In this document: positions 9,798-19,713 of the stretch, piece after piece
Layout of the letters: every line of letters begins with the position of its first letter
Position numbering within the stretch: the first letter of the stretch is position 1
Source: a virus
Strand: one strand, 5' to 3'
DNA: 64,000 nucleotides
IMG/VR virus record: IMGVR_UViG_3300045136_000892
Notes under the pieces: generated by a model
Told to the model about the DNA's origin: nothing
Databases searched by the model: none
Seen by the model: the letters and a program-made list of their open reading frames with translations, nothing else
Position numbers and translations under genes: made by a program

Positions 9798-9977
9798 CTA
9801 TTCCTTTCTGTTGCGTTCGGCATCCAGCATCAGTAGCAGGGCTGCTACAGCCGGATGAATCGGGTTTTCCTTGCCCCACGCCGCGATAGTGCGACGCGGG
9901 GTTTTCAGTTGGCGCGCGGCCTCGGTCTGGGAGCCGAACAGCCTGTTGAGCAGTGCGACGAGTTGTTTGCGGGTCAT
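9798..9977 (-). CDS. Cro-like HTH protein (59 aa, not in ORF track)
   Basis: MTRKQLVALLNRLFGSQTEAARQLKTPRRTIAAW; ATGA overlap with upstream ORF. Confidence 0.65.
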   Translation of the reverse strand: MTRKQLVALLNRLFGSQTEAARQLKTPRRTIAAWGKENPIHPAVAALLLMLDAERNRKE

Positions 9978-10153
9978 GCCGCGAGGCTCTGCTGTTCGAC
10001 TTCAACCGAGTAGCCGAGCTTGCGAATGTAGTTCAGGTCACGCTGGGTAAGAGTCTTCTGACCAATCATGGCAGCGAAGTTCTGGGCCGCTTCACACACG
10101 GGGTAGATGGCTTCGTTGCCGTATACCTGGCGGATTTTGACGGTGATCTTCAT
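9974..10153 (-). CDS. small hypothetical protein
   Basis: MKITVKIRQVYGNEAIYPVC...; SD GAGGA. Confidence 0.65.
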   Translation of the reverse strand: MKITVKIRQVYGNEAIYPVCEAAQNFAAMIGQKTLTQRDLNYIRKLGYSVEVEQQSLAA

Positions 10154-10294
10154 GGTTCGATTCCTCTCTGTTTCCGGCGGCATCATCGCCGCTCATGAAC
10201 CTGACCATTGTGCAGCGGCTGCACTTGCGCAAGCAGAAAGTGCATGGAATGCACAACAAAATAAAATAATCACGATGACCCAATAGCTTGTAGC

Positions 10295-11854
10295 ATGGCC
10301 TTCGGCACGGATGAACTGAAGCAGAGCCTCATCCGGCGCCTGGAGATCATCGACAAGCTCGACCGGGACCCCGAACTGCAGGCCATCGCCATGGCGCGGG
10401 CGGCCAAGGACCCGGTGTGGTGGTTCAACACCTTCGCCTGGACCTACGACCCGCGCGGCGCGGCCAAGGGCCTGCCCGCTTACCTGCCCTTCGACCTGTT
10501 CCCCCGCCAGGAGGAGCTGATCCGCTGGCTGGATGACCGCGTGGCCGCCTCCCAGGAGGGCTTGGTCGAGAAATCCCGCGACGTGGGCTGGACCTGGGTG
10601 GCGGCGGGCTACGCCCTGCACAAGTGGCTCTTCGCACCCGGCTTCAAGACGACGTTCGGCAGCCGCAAGGAGGTCTACGTCGACCGCATCGGCGACCCGG
10701 ACAGCATCTTCGGCAAGATCCGCCTGATGCTGGACCGCCTGCCGCACTGGATGCTGCCGGCGGGCCTGAACCGGGCCGAGCACGACAACTTTATGCGCCT
10801 GATCAACCCGGCCAACGGGAACGCCATCACCGGCGAGGCGGGCGACAACATGGGCCGCGGCGGGCGCTCGACGCTCTACGTCGTGGACGAGGGCGCGTTC
10901 ATCGAGCACGCCGAGAAGGTCGACGCCGCCATCGTGGCGAACGCAAACACAAGGATCTGGGCGTCTTCGGTCAACGGCACCGGCAACGTCTTCTTCCGCA
11001 AGCGGCACTCCGGCCACATCCCGGTCTTCCGTTTCCACTGGTCCGACGACCCCCGCAAGGACGCGGCCTGGGCCGAGGCCAAGCAGCGGGAGCTCTCCTC
11101 GACTCCGGCCACCTGGGCGGCCGAGTACGACATCGACTACGCGGCCTCGGTCGAGGGCATCTGCATCCCGGCAAAGTGGGTGGAATCCTCCTTGAAGCTG
11201 GCCAGGGCGCTCAAACGGCAGCCGCAAGGGCCGGGTACGGCGGGGCTCGACGTCGGCGCCGGTAGGGCCAAGTCCGTGCTGGTCCCCAAGTTCGGGCCGG
11301 TCGTGGTCATGCCGACTTTCTGGCAGACCGTGGACAACATCCACGTCACCCACGACGCCCTGGACGTGGCCCGGAGCCTCGGCGTCCGGCAGGTCAACTA
11401 TGACTCCGCCGGCGTCGGCAACACGGTCACCAGCACGCTGGTGCATGCGAACACCGAAGGCGTCACCGTCAGCCCGATCAACGTGGGCGTGCCGCCGACC
11501 GAGACCCTGATGCCCGACGGCCGCATGGCCTCAGAGTGGTTCGGCAACCTCAAGGCCCAGCTCTGGTGGGCGATGCGCGACGCCTTCAAGGCCACGCACG
11601 AGCACGTCCGCTACCTGGAGGGCTACGAGGACGGCGTGCCGCACTCGGAGGACGAATGGATCCTGCTGCCCGACTGTAACGAGCTGATCGGCCAGGTCTC
11701 GCTCCCGAAGTGGTTCAGGAACGAGGGGGGCAAGATCGTCATCGAGACCAAGAAACAACTCGCGATGCGGGGCGTGCCCTCGCCGGACTACGCCGAGGCC
11801 CTCGTGCTCAACTATGCCCAGGGAGGTTCCGGCTTCCACTTCGCGTCGATTTAG
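10295..11854 (+). CDS. terminase large subunit
   Basis: EKSRDVGWTW ATPase motif, GRGGR, VVDEGA, GLDVGAG, SPDYAEAL nuclease. Confidence 0.92.
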   Translation: MAFGTDELKQSLIRRLEIIDKLDRDPELQAIAMARAAKDPVWWFNTFAWTYDPRGAAKGLPAYLPFDLFPRQEELIRWLDDRVAASQEGLVEKSRDVGWTWVAAGYALHKWLFAPGFKTTFGSRKEVYVDRIGDPDSIFGKIRLMLDRLPHWMLPAGLNRAEHDNFMRLINPANGNAITGEAGDNMGRGGRSTLYVVDEGAFIEHAEKVDAAIVANANTRIWASSVNGTGNVFFRKRHSGHIPVFRFHWSDDPRKDAAWAEAKQRELSSTPATWAAEYDIDYAASVEGICIPAKWVESSLKLARALKRQPQGPGTAGLDVGAGRAKSVLVPKFGPVVVMPTFWQTVDNIHVTHDALDVARSLGVRQVNYDSAGVGNTVTSTLVHANTEGVTVSPINVGVPPTETLMPDGRMASEWFGNLKAQLWWAMRDAFKATHEHVRYLEGYEDGVPHSEDEWILLPDCNELIGQVSLPKWFRNEGGKIVIETKKQLAMRGVPSPDYAEALVLNYAQGGSGFHFASI

Positions 11855-11869
11855 GAAAGACCGGACCGG

Positions 11870-13192
11870 ATGGGATTGTTCACGAGCTTCAAGCAGCGAC
11901 TGGGCCGCAGGCGGAATGAGCCGCAGCGCGACACCGAGGTCTACCCCCGGCTGATGCAGATCATGTCGGGGCAGCGGGTCGCGCACAACACGCCCGTCTT
12001 CAAGCCGACGCCCTGGAATCTCCGGGCGTTCTCGACGACGCCCTACGCCCGCCGGGCGATCAACACGATCAAGAACCCCATCGCCCAGCTCGAATGGGAG
12101 GTGGTGCCCAAGAAGGGCGTCACGGACAACTCCGAGATCCGCCGCCAGTGCCAACTGGTGACCACCTGCCTCCGCAGCCCGAACAACGAGGACAGCTGGC
12201 GGTCGCTGGTCGAGAAGGTCATCACCGACCTCATGCTCGGGGCCGGGGCCATCGAGATGCAGCTCGGCGGCGACGCGAGCCGCCCGCTCTGGCTCTACCC
12301 GGTGGATGCCCTCTCCGTGCAGATCTACGCGGGCTGGACCGGCGACCGGCGCGAGGCGAAATACTGCCAGGTGCCGGGCTACGGGATGCTGACCGCGGGT
12401 AACGGCATCGACCTGCTGGCGGACGAGCTGATCTACATCGCGCCGAACCCGTCGACGGCCCACCCCTTCGGGTGCGGGCCGCTGGAGATTGCCTTCACGA
12501 CCGTCTCCCGCCTGCTGGGCGTGGGCGAGTACGCGGGCAACGTGGCGACGAACGCCCGGCCCACGACCCTGCTCAACCTTGGCAAGGCCACACCCGAGCA
12601 ACTTGCGACCTTCCGGACCTACTGGACCAACGAGATCGAAGGCCAGGGCAAGATGCCCATCCTGAGCGGCGACGGCATCGAGCCCGTCAAGCTCACCGCC
12701 GACGGCGACGAGGCCCTATACCTGAAGTGGCAGGAGTTCCTGAAGACCGAGATCGCCACCGCATTCGACATCTCGCCGCAGAACCTCGGCGTCGAGCGGG
12801 ACGTGAACCGCAACACCGCCGAGGTGGCCGAGTCCCGCGACTGGGACCACGCGATCAAGCCGTGGGCCGGTCTGCTGGCCAGCCATATCAACCGGGACGC
12901 CATCGAGGGGCGGCTCGGGTTCAGCCAGGTCGAGTTCCGCTTTCTGGGCCTCGACCGCGAGGACGAGAAGCGCGAGGCGGAGATCCACCAGATTTACATC
13001 AAGAACAACGTCTACACCCCCAACGAGGTGCGCAACCGGCTGGGCGAGCCGCCCGCGGAGCACAAATGGGGCGATATGACCTTCGCCGACATCCAGATCG
13101 CCACCGCCGCCGCGGCGAAGGAGCGGAAACAAGACGGCCCCGCCGAGGACGGCGCGGGCGACGAACCGAAACCGAGCAAGAAAGGAACCTGA
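11870..13192 (+). CDS. portal protein
   Basis: Follows terL; GCGPLEIA, EIATAFDISPQNLG, YTPNEVRNRLG. Confidence 0.9.
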   Translation: MGLFTSFKQRLGRRRNEPQRDTEVYPRLMQIMSGQRVAHNTPVFKPTPWNLRAFSTTPYARRAINTIKNPIAQLEWEVVPKKGVTDNSEIRRQCQLVTTCLRSPNNEDSWRSLVEKVITDLMLGAGAIEMQLGGDASRPLWLYPVDALSVQIYAGWTGDRREAKYCQVPGYGMLTAGNGIDLLADELIYIAPNPSTAHPFGCGPLEIAFTTVSRLLGVGEYAGNVATNARPTTLLNLGKATPEQLATFRTYWTNEIEGQGKMPILSGDGIEPVKLTADGDEALYLKWQEFLKTEIATAFDISPQNLGVERDVNRNTAEVAESRDWDHAIKPWAGLLASHINRDAIEGRLGFSQVEFRFLGLDREDEKREAEIHQIYIKNNVYTPNEVRNRLGEPPAEHKWGDMTFADIQIATAAAAKERKQDGPAEDGAGDEPKPSKKGT

Positions 13193-13195
13193 TCC

Positions 13196-13966
13196 ATGTT
13201 CGCACTCCACACCATCGGCCTCCTGTCCGGCAGCAAGCAGCCCGCATTCGGCGATCGCCTGCTGATGGGCGTCGCAAACAACGTTGCCTTCCCGGCCTCC
13301 GCCAACGCGGTCACCGTGCTCGGCTCGATCACCGCCGGCACCGGCTTCACCAACATCAGCACCGTCACCCTGGCGCCCAGCGGCGGCACGGGCAGCGGCC
13401 TGAAGGCCGTGCCCACCTCCCTGAAGGCGGTCTCGGCTACCGTCGTCAACGGCGGCACCAGCGGCTACGCGGTGAACGACACCATCACACTGACCAACGG
13501 CGTCGTGCTGACCGTCGCAAGCGTGAGCAGCGGCGTGGTCGCCACCGTGACCGTCACCACGGCGGGTGCCTTCACAGGCCAGGTGGTCACCAACCCGGTC
13601 GCGCAGGCCTCGACCAGCGGCTCGGGCGTCGGCACCCCGACCTTCAACCTGTCCTACGGCCTCGGCACCGCGGCCATCGTCGACAGCGGCAACTACACCG
13701 TCGCCCCCTCGATGACGGTCACGGACAGCGCCGGCGGCACTGGCGCCTCCATCGGCACCTGCACCCTGGGCGGAAACGGCAACGCGATCTTCAAGTTCGT
13801 GCCCTTCCAGGCCGCCCCTCCTTACAACGTGCTGGTCGAACCCGGCCTCGACTGCCGCCACTACGTCCCCTCCTCGCTGAAGACCAGCACGGGGTTCACC
13901 GTCGCCCTGGTGCCGCCGAGCACCACGCTGGCCGCCGGCACGTTCGACGCAACGCTAATCGCTTAA
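13196..13966 (+). CDS. Gly/Thr/Ser-rich virion (decoration-like) protein
   Basis: Beta-rich; shares a domain with the tail sheath insertion. Confidence 0.6.
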   Translation: MFALHTIGLLSGSKQPAFGDRLLMGVANNVAFPASANAVTVLGSITAGTGFTNISTVTLAPSGGTGSGLKAVPTSLKAVSATVVNGGTSGYAVNDTITLTNGVVLTVASVSSGVVATVTVTTAGAFTGQVVTNPVAQASTSGSGVGTPTFNLSYGLGTAAIVDSGNYTVAPSMTVTDSAGGTGASIGTCTLGGNGNAIFKFVPFQAAPPYNVLVEPGLDCRHYVPSSLKTSTGFTVALVPPSTTLAAGTFDATLIA

Positions 13967-13984
13967 CGGAAAGGAGTTCCGACC

Positions 13985-14485
13985 ATGTCGAAGAAAAGCA
14001 CCCAGAAGCCCACCGAAACCAAGGCCGAGAAGTCCCAGGCGGTAGAGGGCACGGTCGAGACCACCGCCCAGGAAGCACCCGCTCTGGAACAGGTGGAGGC
14101 CTCCAATGAGCAACCGGGGGACAACGCGGTGAATGAACCCGCCGAACAGAATCCGGAAGACGCGAAGGCTGAGGAATCGGACGACGAAACCGCAGCCGCG
14201 CCTGCGCTCGCTACCGAGCCCGCAGCTGCGAAGGCATCCGATGAGGCGGAATCGACCCCGCTCCCGTCGGCCCCCGTCATCCCCCCGGCGCCCACCGACC
14301 TCGCCAACCGCCTCACTCTTGCCGTCCGTGCCATCGTCGCCACCGGCGCTCCCGAGGCGGTGCACGCCCTGCACAAGGCCGAGCTGATCCTGGGCGACCT
14401 CAGGAACGCCCTCCCGGCGGCCATCGCCTCGGCCGGTGACGAGCAGCTCAAGGCCGACCTGACGAGCCTGCTCGCGGTCCTGTAG
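13985..14485 (+). CDS. acidic Ala/Glu-rich hypothetical protein
   Basis: SD AAGGAG; low-complexity N-terminal half. Confidence 0.6.
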   Translation: MSKKSTQKPTETKAEKSQAVEGTVETTAQEAPALEQVEASNEQPGDNAVNEPAEQNPEDAKAEESDDETAAAPALATEPAAAKASDEAESTPLPSAPVIPPAPTDLANRLTLAVRAIVATGAPEAVHALHKAELILGDLRNALPAAIASAGDEQLKADLTSLLAVL

Positions 14486-14490
14486 GTCCC

Positions 14491-16005
14491 ATGTCCGAGC
14501 AGGGACTGTACGTCCGCCGTAACCTGACCCCCGATTCGGCGGCCGCTTTCGCCGCCTGGGCGAAGTCGCAGGGCTTCACAAACCTCGTTCCCGAGCACGA
14601 GCTCCACGCGACCATCGTCTACAGCCGGGCCCCGGTCTGGTTCCGCCCCCAGGGCGGAAACATGGCCGCGAGCACCGGCGGGCGATTCGTCACGCCGCTC
14701 GGGGCCAAGGGCGCCATCGTCTTGCACTTCGTCTGCCCCGAACTGGAGGCCCGCTGGAAGGAAGCCCGCCAGATGGGTGCGTCGTGGGATCACGGCGACA
14801 GCTACTCCCCCCACGTCACCATCACCTACGACGCCGGAGACGTGGACCTTTCGAAGGTTGTCCCCTTCGATGGCGACCTGGTGTTCGGCCCCGAGATCCA
14901 CGAGCCGCTTAACGAGCACTGGGCCGAGGAGAAGGGCTTCGTGAAGCTGGAGGCCGCATCCCTCGAAGTCGTGGACCGCATCGAGGCGATGGCACTCATC
15001 CTGCCCCACACGCCCGGCCACCCGAACAAGCATCCCTTCAAGGGCATCCTGACCCGCATCGACCAGCCGAGCGACCGGCCGCCCGAGGGCAGCAAGAACC
15101 GCCGCGTCATCCTGACGCGGGCGGCTGCCGAACGCGCGTTGCCCACGCTCCTGGGGATGCCCGTGGACCTCGCCTCCGACCTGGCGGGCCACGACGTCAA
15201 GCGCAAGATCGGGACCATCACGGCGGCCACCATCGAGGGGGACGCCATCCACATCGAAGGATTCCTATACGCGGCCGACTTTCCCGATGAAGTCGCCCGC
15301 GTGCGGTCCGAACGTAGCCTGCTCGGCTTCTCCTACGAGATGCGGAACATCTACGTGAAGGACACCACCGCGGCTTCGTGGGAGATCACGGACTGCGTCT
15401 TCACCGGGGCTGCGATCCTCTACAAGGACAAGGCCGCATACTCAACCACATCACTGGCCGCGCAGGCCGAGGAGAACACCATGGACATCAATGAACTGAA
15501 GGAACTGCTCAAGGCCCAGGCCGAATCCCAGGAAAAGGCGATGAAGGACGCCCTGGATGCGGGCTTCGCCACCGTGAACAAGCGCATCGACGCCATCGAG
15601 GCCGCCGCGGCGGAGGAGAAGCAGAAGGCCGAGGAGGCTCGCGCCGCTGCCGCCGCCGAGAAGAAAGCCGCGGACGAGAAGGCCGCTGCCGACATTAAGG
15701 CCGCCGCCGAGAAGGAGGCCAGCGACAAGAAGGTGAAGGAGCTGGAGGACAAGCTCGCGGCCCAGGAGACGCAGATCGCCGACCTGAAGGCCGCGGCGGC
15801 GAAGAACGCCCAGCCCGCCGAGCGCAAGACGCTGACGCCCCATGTGACCGCCCTGCTGGCGCGCAGCGGCCTCACCCTGCCTGGCGAGAACGCCAAGCTC
15901 TCCCTCGGCGAAGTCGACAAGGCGTTCGCCTCCGCCAACCTGGAGCCGGTCCAGCGCATCGAGCTGAAGAACGCCCTCTCCAAGGCCGGCCTGCTCGCCG
16001 TCTAA
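14491..16005 (+). CDS. Acb1-like 2H phosphoesterase fused to prohead protease and scaffold
   Basis: N-term LYVRR...LHATIVYS...YSPHVTITY (two HxT motifs); middle GHD..IG and GFSYE protease-like motifs; C-terminal coiled coil with internal SD+ATG at 15481. Confidence 0.8.
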   Translation: MSEQGLYVRRNLTPDSAAAFAAWAKSQGFTNLVPEHELHATIVYSRAPVWFRPQGGNMAASTGGRFVTPLGAKGAIVLHFVCPELEARWKEARQMGASWDHGDSYSPHVTITYDAGDVDLSKVVPFDGDLVFGPEIHEPLNEHWAEEKGFVKLEAASLEVVDRIEAMALILPHTPGHPNKHPFKGILTRIDQPSDRPPEGSKNRRVILTRAAAERALPTLLGMPVDLASDLAGHDVKRKIGTITAATIEGDAIHIEGFLYAADFPDEVARVRSERSLLGFSYEMRNIYVKDTTAASWEITDCVFTGAAILYKDKAAYSTTSLAAQAEENTMDINELKELLKAQAESQEKAMKDALDAGFATVNKRIDAIEAAAAEEKQKAEEARAAAAAEKKAADEKAAADIKAAAEKEASDKKVKELEDKLAAQETQIADLKAAAAKNAQPAERKTLTPHVTALLARSGLTLPGENAKLSLGEVDKAFASANLEPVQRIELKNALSKAGLLAV

Positions 16006-16036
16006 CGCAACCCATCACATCAGGAGTACCACACCC

Positions 16037-17044
16037 ATGACCATCAAACCCGAACACGGCGCGCAGTTCGTCGATTCCATGCAGGCCGCCGCCGACTTCC
16101 TCGGCAACGGCGCCATCGAAGTCAACATGTACGAGACCGAGATCTTCGACCTCGTACGCCGCTCCTCTCCGATCATGGAGCGCATCAAGGCCGAGCCCGC
16201 CAATGGCCACCCGCACCGCTTCTTCGAGCAGTCGGCGATCGCCCAGGGCGCGTTCACCGATCCCCGTAGCATCAGCTACTCTGCCGGCGGCCCGACCCGC
16301 ACCGAGAAGGTGATCTACATCAAGGGCATGGTGAACGGGTCCAACTTCGGCCTGTTCGACGTGCAGGTGACCCAGCAGCAGGGCCAGTTCAGCTACGTCG
16401 AGGCCAAGGACGTCAACGACATCATCAACGGCATCCAGGTCGTCCGCTGCCAGAAGATCTGGCAGGGCGCCGACACGTCCTACGCCTCGCCCACCAGCAT
16501 CGAGTACTACGGCCTGCTGAACCAGATCACCCGCCAGGCGACCATCGCCCCCGGCGCGTCGATCATCGACGGCATCAAGGCCGAGGTGGCCGCGATGGTG
16601 GCGAACACCAGCTACGTCGTCCGCCCGACCGCCGTCTACGTGAACCCCATAGTCGGTGACCTCATCGACCGCGAGGCGAAGGCGGCGAGCATCAAGCTGA
16701 GCGAGGTGGTCGTGGCCGGCGTGACGGTGAACGCGATCCAGACCCAGGCGGGCCTGCTTCCGATCATCTCGAACGACCCGTTCCTGCCCAGCGCCACGGG
16801 CTCGGCCTACGGGTTCTCGGCTCCCCCGGCCGGGTACAAGAACTACTTCTGCGCCATCCTGAGCGAGTCGCTTGTCACCCGCCCGTACATCGACGGCGGC
16901 AAGCACAACGGCGGCATCCCGCAGTTGTACCAGCTCGGCCTGGTCGGCGACCTCCAGAAGAAGTTCGTCGCCGTGCTGTTCGACGCGGTTCTCGCGAAGG
17001 GCAGTTCCTATGCCCACTCGATCGTGGCCGTGCAGCGTCCGTAA
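16037..17044 (+). CDS. major capsid protein
   Basis: 335 aa directly after protease/scaffold; strong SD; highly biased codons. Confidence 0.8.
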   Translation: MTIKPEHGAQFVDSMQAAADFLGNGAIEVNMYETEIFDLVRRSSPIMERIKAEPANGHPHRFFEQSAIAQGAFTDPRSISYSAGGPTRTEKVIYIKGMVNGSNFGLFDVQVTQQQGQFSYVEAKDVNDIINGIQVVRCQKIWQGADTSYASPTSIEYYGLLNQITRQATIAPGASIIDGIKAEVAAMVANTSYVVRPTAVYVNPIVGDLIDREAKAASIKLSEVVVAGVTVNAIQTQAGLLPIISNDPFLPSATGSAYGFSAPPAGYKNYFCAILSESLVTRPYIDGGKHNGGIPQLYQLGLVGDLQKKFVAVLFDAVLAKGSSYAHSIVAVQRP

Positions 17045-17127
17045 CGGTTGCGCGAACGGCCCGAGAGGGCTATAGCTGAAGGATAGGCCGCGCCATACCG
17101 GCGCGGCCGCCTTTCAGGGAGGAACCC

Positions 17128-17367
17128 ATGTTCGTTTATCTGCCGCACAAGAAGTCCACGCACACGATGCACATCAGCCCCGCCGCCGACCCGCGGATCA
17201 AGGGCGAGGTGCCTGCTGACTGGGTGGACGACAAGAACAACCCCCGCACCTTCCAGATCGAATTCCGCCACGGCAAGGCCGAGGTGGACGACCAGATCGG
17301 AAAATACCTGGTCGACAACGGCCTCGCACGCAAGACCAAGCTCATCATGCCGGAGGACGACGAGTAA
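17128..17367 (+). CDS. small virion-associated hypothetical protein
   Basis: SD GGAGG; F..GKAEVDD.IG.YLV..G pattern seen in post-capsid genes. Confidence 0.6.
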   Translation: MFVYLPHKKSTHTMHISPAADPRIKGEVPADWVDDKNNPRTFQIEFRHGKAEVDDQIGKYLVDNGLARKTKLIMPEDDE

Positions 17368-17412
17368 GCCATGACTCGTGCAGGTTCCCTCCGGCCTGGC
17401 GTCTGACGCCCG

Positions 17413-18321
17413 ATGGCCTTCGTTCCATACCTGGCCTCGGATGAATACGCGGCGTACGGGGTGCCCGACGCAACCCTGCAGCAGGTCGAATCGGCCTGCC
17501 GGGTCGTCAACACACACCTCGCCCGCCCCGAGGGGCTGATGTGGTCGCCGGACGCCACTGGCGCGCCGGCCTACATGACCAACCTCGCCCCGAGCCGGAC
17601 GCTGAACATCCCGGCGCCGATCGCACCGGGCCAGAACGTCGTGATCCCGATGCCCGGCCAGGCCATCGGGCAGCAGCATGTCGGCGAGGTCGTCATCCTC
17701 GACCGGGCGGATCCGGCCAAGGCCGAGGCCTGCGTCATCACGGCAGCCAGCGGCTCGGCGTTGACGCTCGAATCCGTTCGGTTTTCCCATTCCGCCCAGG
17801 CCCCCATGGACTTCGGGCTGACGATCTACCAGGAGCTGCCCGTCCCGCCCCGCCGCTCCACCGTCCGCCTGTCGCGCACGCCGGTGGTGCGGATCCTCTC
17901 CGGCTTCGGCCGCTATGCCGTCGGCAGGAGGTCCCAGCAGTTCGAAGGCCTCGACATCAACACCAACCTCCTCGCGATCACCGCGGCATTCGGCGGCCCC
18001 CCTGCGTGGACCCCGTTCCCCGCCGACCAGGCCGACGTCAACGTCCAGACCGGCGAGGTGTGGATACCGCCAGGGCTCCTGCTGGCTCATTTCTCCGACG
18101 TGCGGCTCCGCTACGTCGCGGGGTGGCCCAGGCAGAACATCCCGAGCGAGATCAAGCAGGCCGTCGCGGGCATCGTCCGCGCCGCCATCGACTCGCCGTT
18201 CGGCGGAAACATCAAGGTCATGAAGGCCGGGGACGCGACGCTGGAGCGGTTCAGCGCCAGCTCGCTCGACGCCGACACGAGGGCTCTGCTCGAGCCCTAC
18301 AAGGCCCTGCTGATGGCCTGA
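17413..18321 (+). CDS. head-tail adaptor/connector
   Basis: LRYVAGW...IPSEIKQAVA and LLEPYK C-terminus. Confidence 0.7.
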   Translation: MAFVPYLASDEYAAYGVPDATLQQVESACRVVNTHLARPEGLMWSPDATGAPAYMTNLAPSRTLNIPAPIAPGQNVVIPMPGQAIGQQHVGEVVILDRADPAKAEACVITAASGSALTLESVRFSHSAQAPMDFGLTIYQELPVPPRRSTVRLSRTPVVRILSGFGRYAVGRRSQQFEGLDINTNLLAITAAFGGPPAWTPFPADQADVNVQTGEVWIPPGLLLAHFSDVRLRYVAGWPRQNIPSEIKQAVAGIVRAAIDSPFGGNIKVMKAGDATLERFSASSLDADTRALLEPYKALLMA

Positions 18322-18325
18322 GCCG

Positions 18326-18667
18326 ATGAGCTTCCTGTACCCCCGGACCATCTCCATCCGCCGCCCGAACCAGGACCCGACGCTGGGCGCACAGCCCTAC
18401 AGCGGCCTGCGGGCCGACAGCGAGACGGAGATCGCCAGCGGCATCGCGGCCCATATCCAGATCGACAGGCAGAACCCGACCAGCCCATCGAGGCTGCCGT
18501 CGGATGCTGTCTCTCTCCCGGTCTACAAGATCATCGTCAAGGTCGCTCGCGGCCTCGTGAAGCGGGGCGATGTCATCACCGACGATATCGGCAACCGCTA
18601 CCAGGTCATCTCGCCCGACTGGGGCCCGATGGTCACGACCTGCCGCGCCCAGTTGCTGGAGACCTGA
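18326..18667 (+). CDS. head closure protein
   Basis: Size, position, GDVITDDIGNRYQV. Confidence 0.65.
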   Translation: MSFLYPRTISIRRPNQDPTLGAQPYSGLRADSETEIASGIAAHIQIDRQNPTSPSRLPSDAVSLPVYKIIVKVARGLVKRGDVITDDIGNRYQVISPDWGPMVTTCRAQLLET

Positions 18668-18671
18668 CCGC

Positions 18672-19499
18672 ATGCCCGACCTGAGCGAAGTCGAGAACGT
18701 GCTTGTCTCGCTGCTGACGCAGATCGTCTACCCGAACGGCACCGCGGCGGATTCGGCAACCGGCGACAGGGTCAAGGTCTTCCGGGGCTGGCCCATCCAG
18801 GGCAATCTGGACGCCGACCTGAAGGCCGGCATCGTCAACCTCTCCGTCTTCCCGAAGGATTCGGAGAAGAACGCCACCCGGGCCACCGGGCGAGAGTGGG
18901 AGGAAGTGCCCTCGCCGCCCGTCACACTGACCATGACGGTCTCGGGCAACGCCATCACCGTCGGCGGCACGCCCTGCTGCCCGTTGAACGTCGCCGTCCT
19001 CGTGGACGGCAAGCCCTTCGTGTATCCGCTCCAGGCCACCGACACACCCACGTCCATCGCCACGGCCCTTGCGTCGCTGATCAACACCTCGACCCTGGCC
19101 ACCAGCAACGGGCCGGTCGTGACTGTGCCGGGGGCTACCCGCCTCGTGGCGCGCGTCGGGGCGGTCGGGAGCATCGTGAAGGAGGTGAAGCGCCAGGAGA
19201 AGGGATTCTGCATCACCGCCTGGTGCAGCAGCCCGGAGGTGCGCGACGCGATCGCGGGCGTGCTCGATTCGGCCCTCGCCGACCTCACGTTCATCTCGCT
19301 GAGCGACGGGACCTCGGGGAGGATCCGCTACGAGCGCACGCACACCATCGATTCGCAACAGAAGTTCGGTCTTTACCGAAGGGATTTCCACTACGCGGTG
19401 GAGTACGCCACGACCGTCGTGCGCAAGGCCGCCGAGATGGTGGCCGACATCGTCAACGCGACCGGCGATACCGGCGCGTTATCAACCACTAATGAATGA
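18672..19499 (+). CDS. neck/tail-completion protein
   Basis: MPDLSEVE..L...YPNG, VFRGWP, LYRRD..Y.VEY. Confidence 0.65.
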   Translation: MPDLSEVENVLVSLLTQIVYPNGTAADSATGDRVKVFRGWPIQGNLDADLKAGIVNLSVFPKDSEKNATRATGREWEEVPSPPVTLTMTVSGNAITVGGTPCCPLNVAVLVDGKPFVYPLQATDTPTSIATALASLINTSTLATSNGPVVTVPGATRLVARVGAVGSIVKEVKRQEKGFCITAWCSSPEVRDAIAGVLDSALADLTFISLSDGTSGRIRYERTHTIDSQQKFGLYRRDFHYAVEYATTVVRKAAEMVADIVNATGDTGALSTTNE

Positions 19500-19689
19500 G
19501 GCAAGCATGAAGGCCCTGGTAGTCAAGGAACCGTTCGGGGGGTACGAGCGCGGTAATACCATCACCGACCCGCGGCGGATCGAGGAGATCCTGGCGGGCG
19601 AGCACGCCCGGCACGTCTCCCCGACCGAGCTGGAGGAGCCGCCCGCCGAGGCCTCCCCGGCCGAGCCGGCGAAGAAGAAGAGCAAGTAA
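19492..19689 (+). CDS. small hypothetical protein
   Basis: LVVKEPFGGYERG..ITD pattern preceding the sheath gene. Confidence 0.6.
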   Translation: MNEASMKALVVKEPFGGYERGNTITDPRRIEEILAGEHARHVSPTELEEPPAEASPAEPAKKKSK

Positions 19690-19713
19690 CCCGCAGAAAA
19701 ATAGGAGCCGCCC

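Noticed and set aside
9634-10005. Listed 123-aa ORF
   Set aside because: Better explained by two short coupled ORFs in another frame (9798-9977, 9618-9794).
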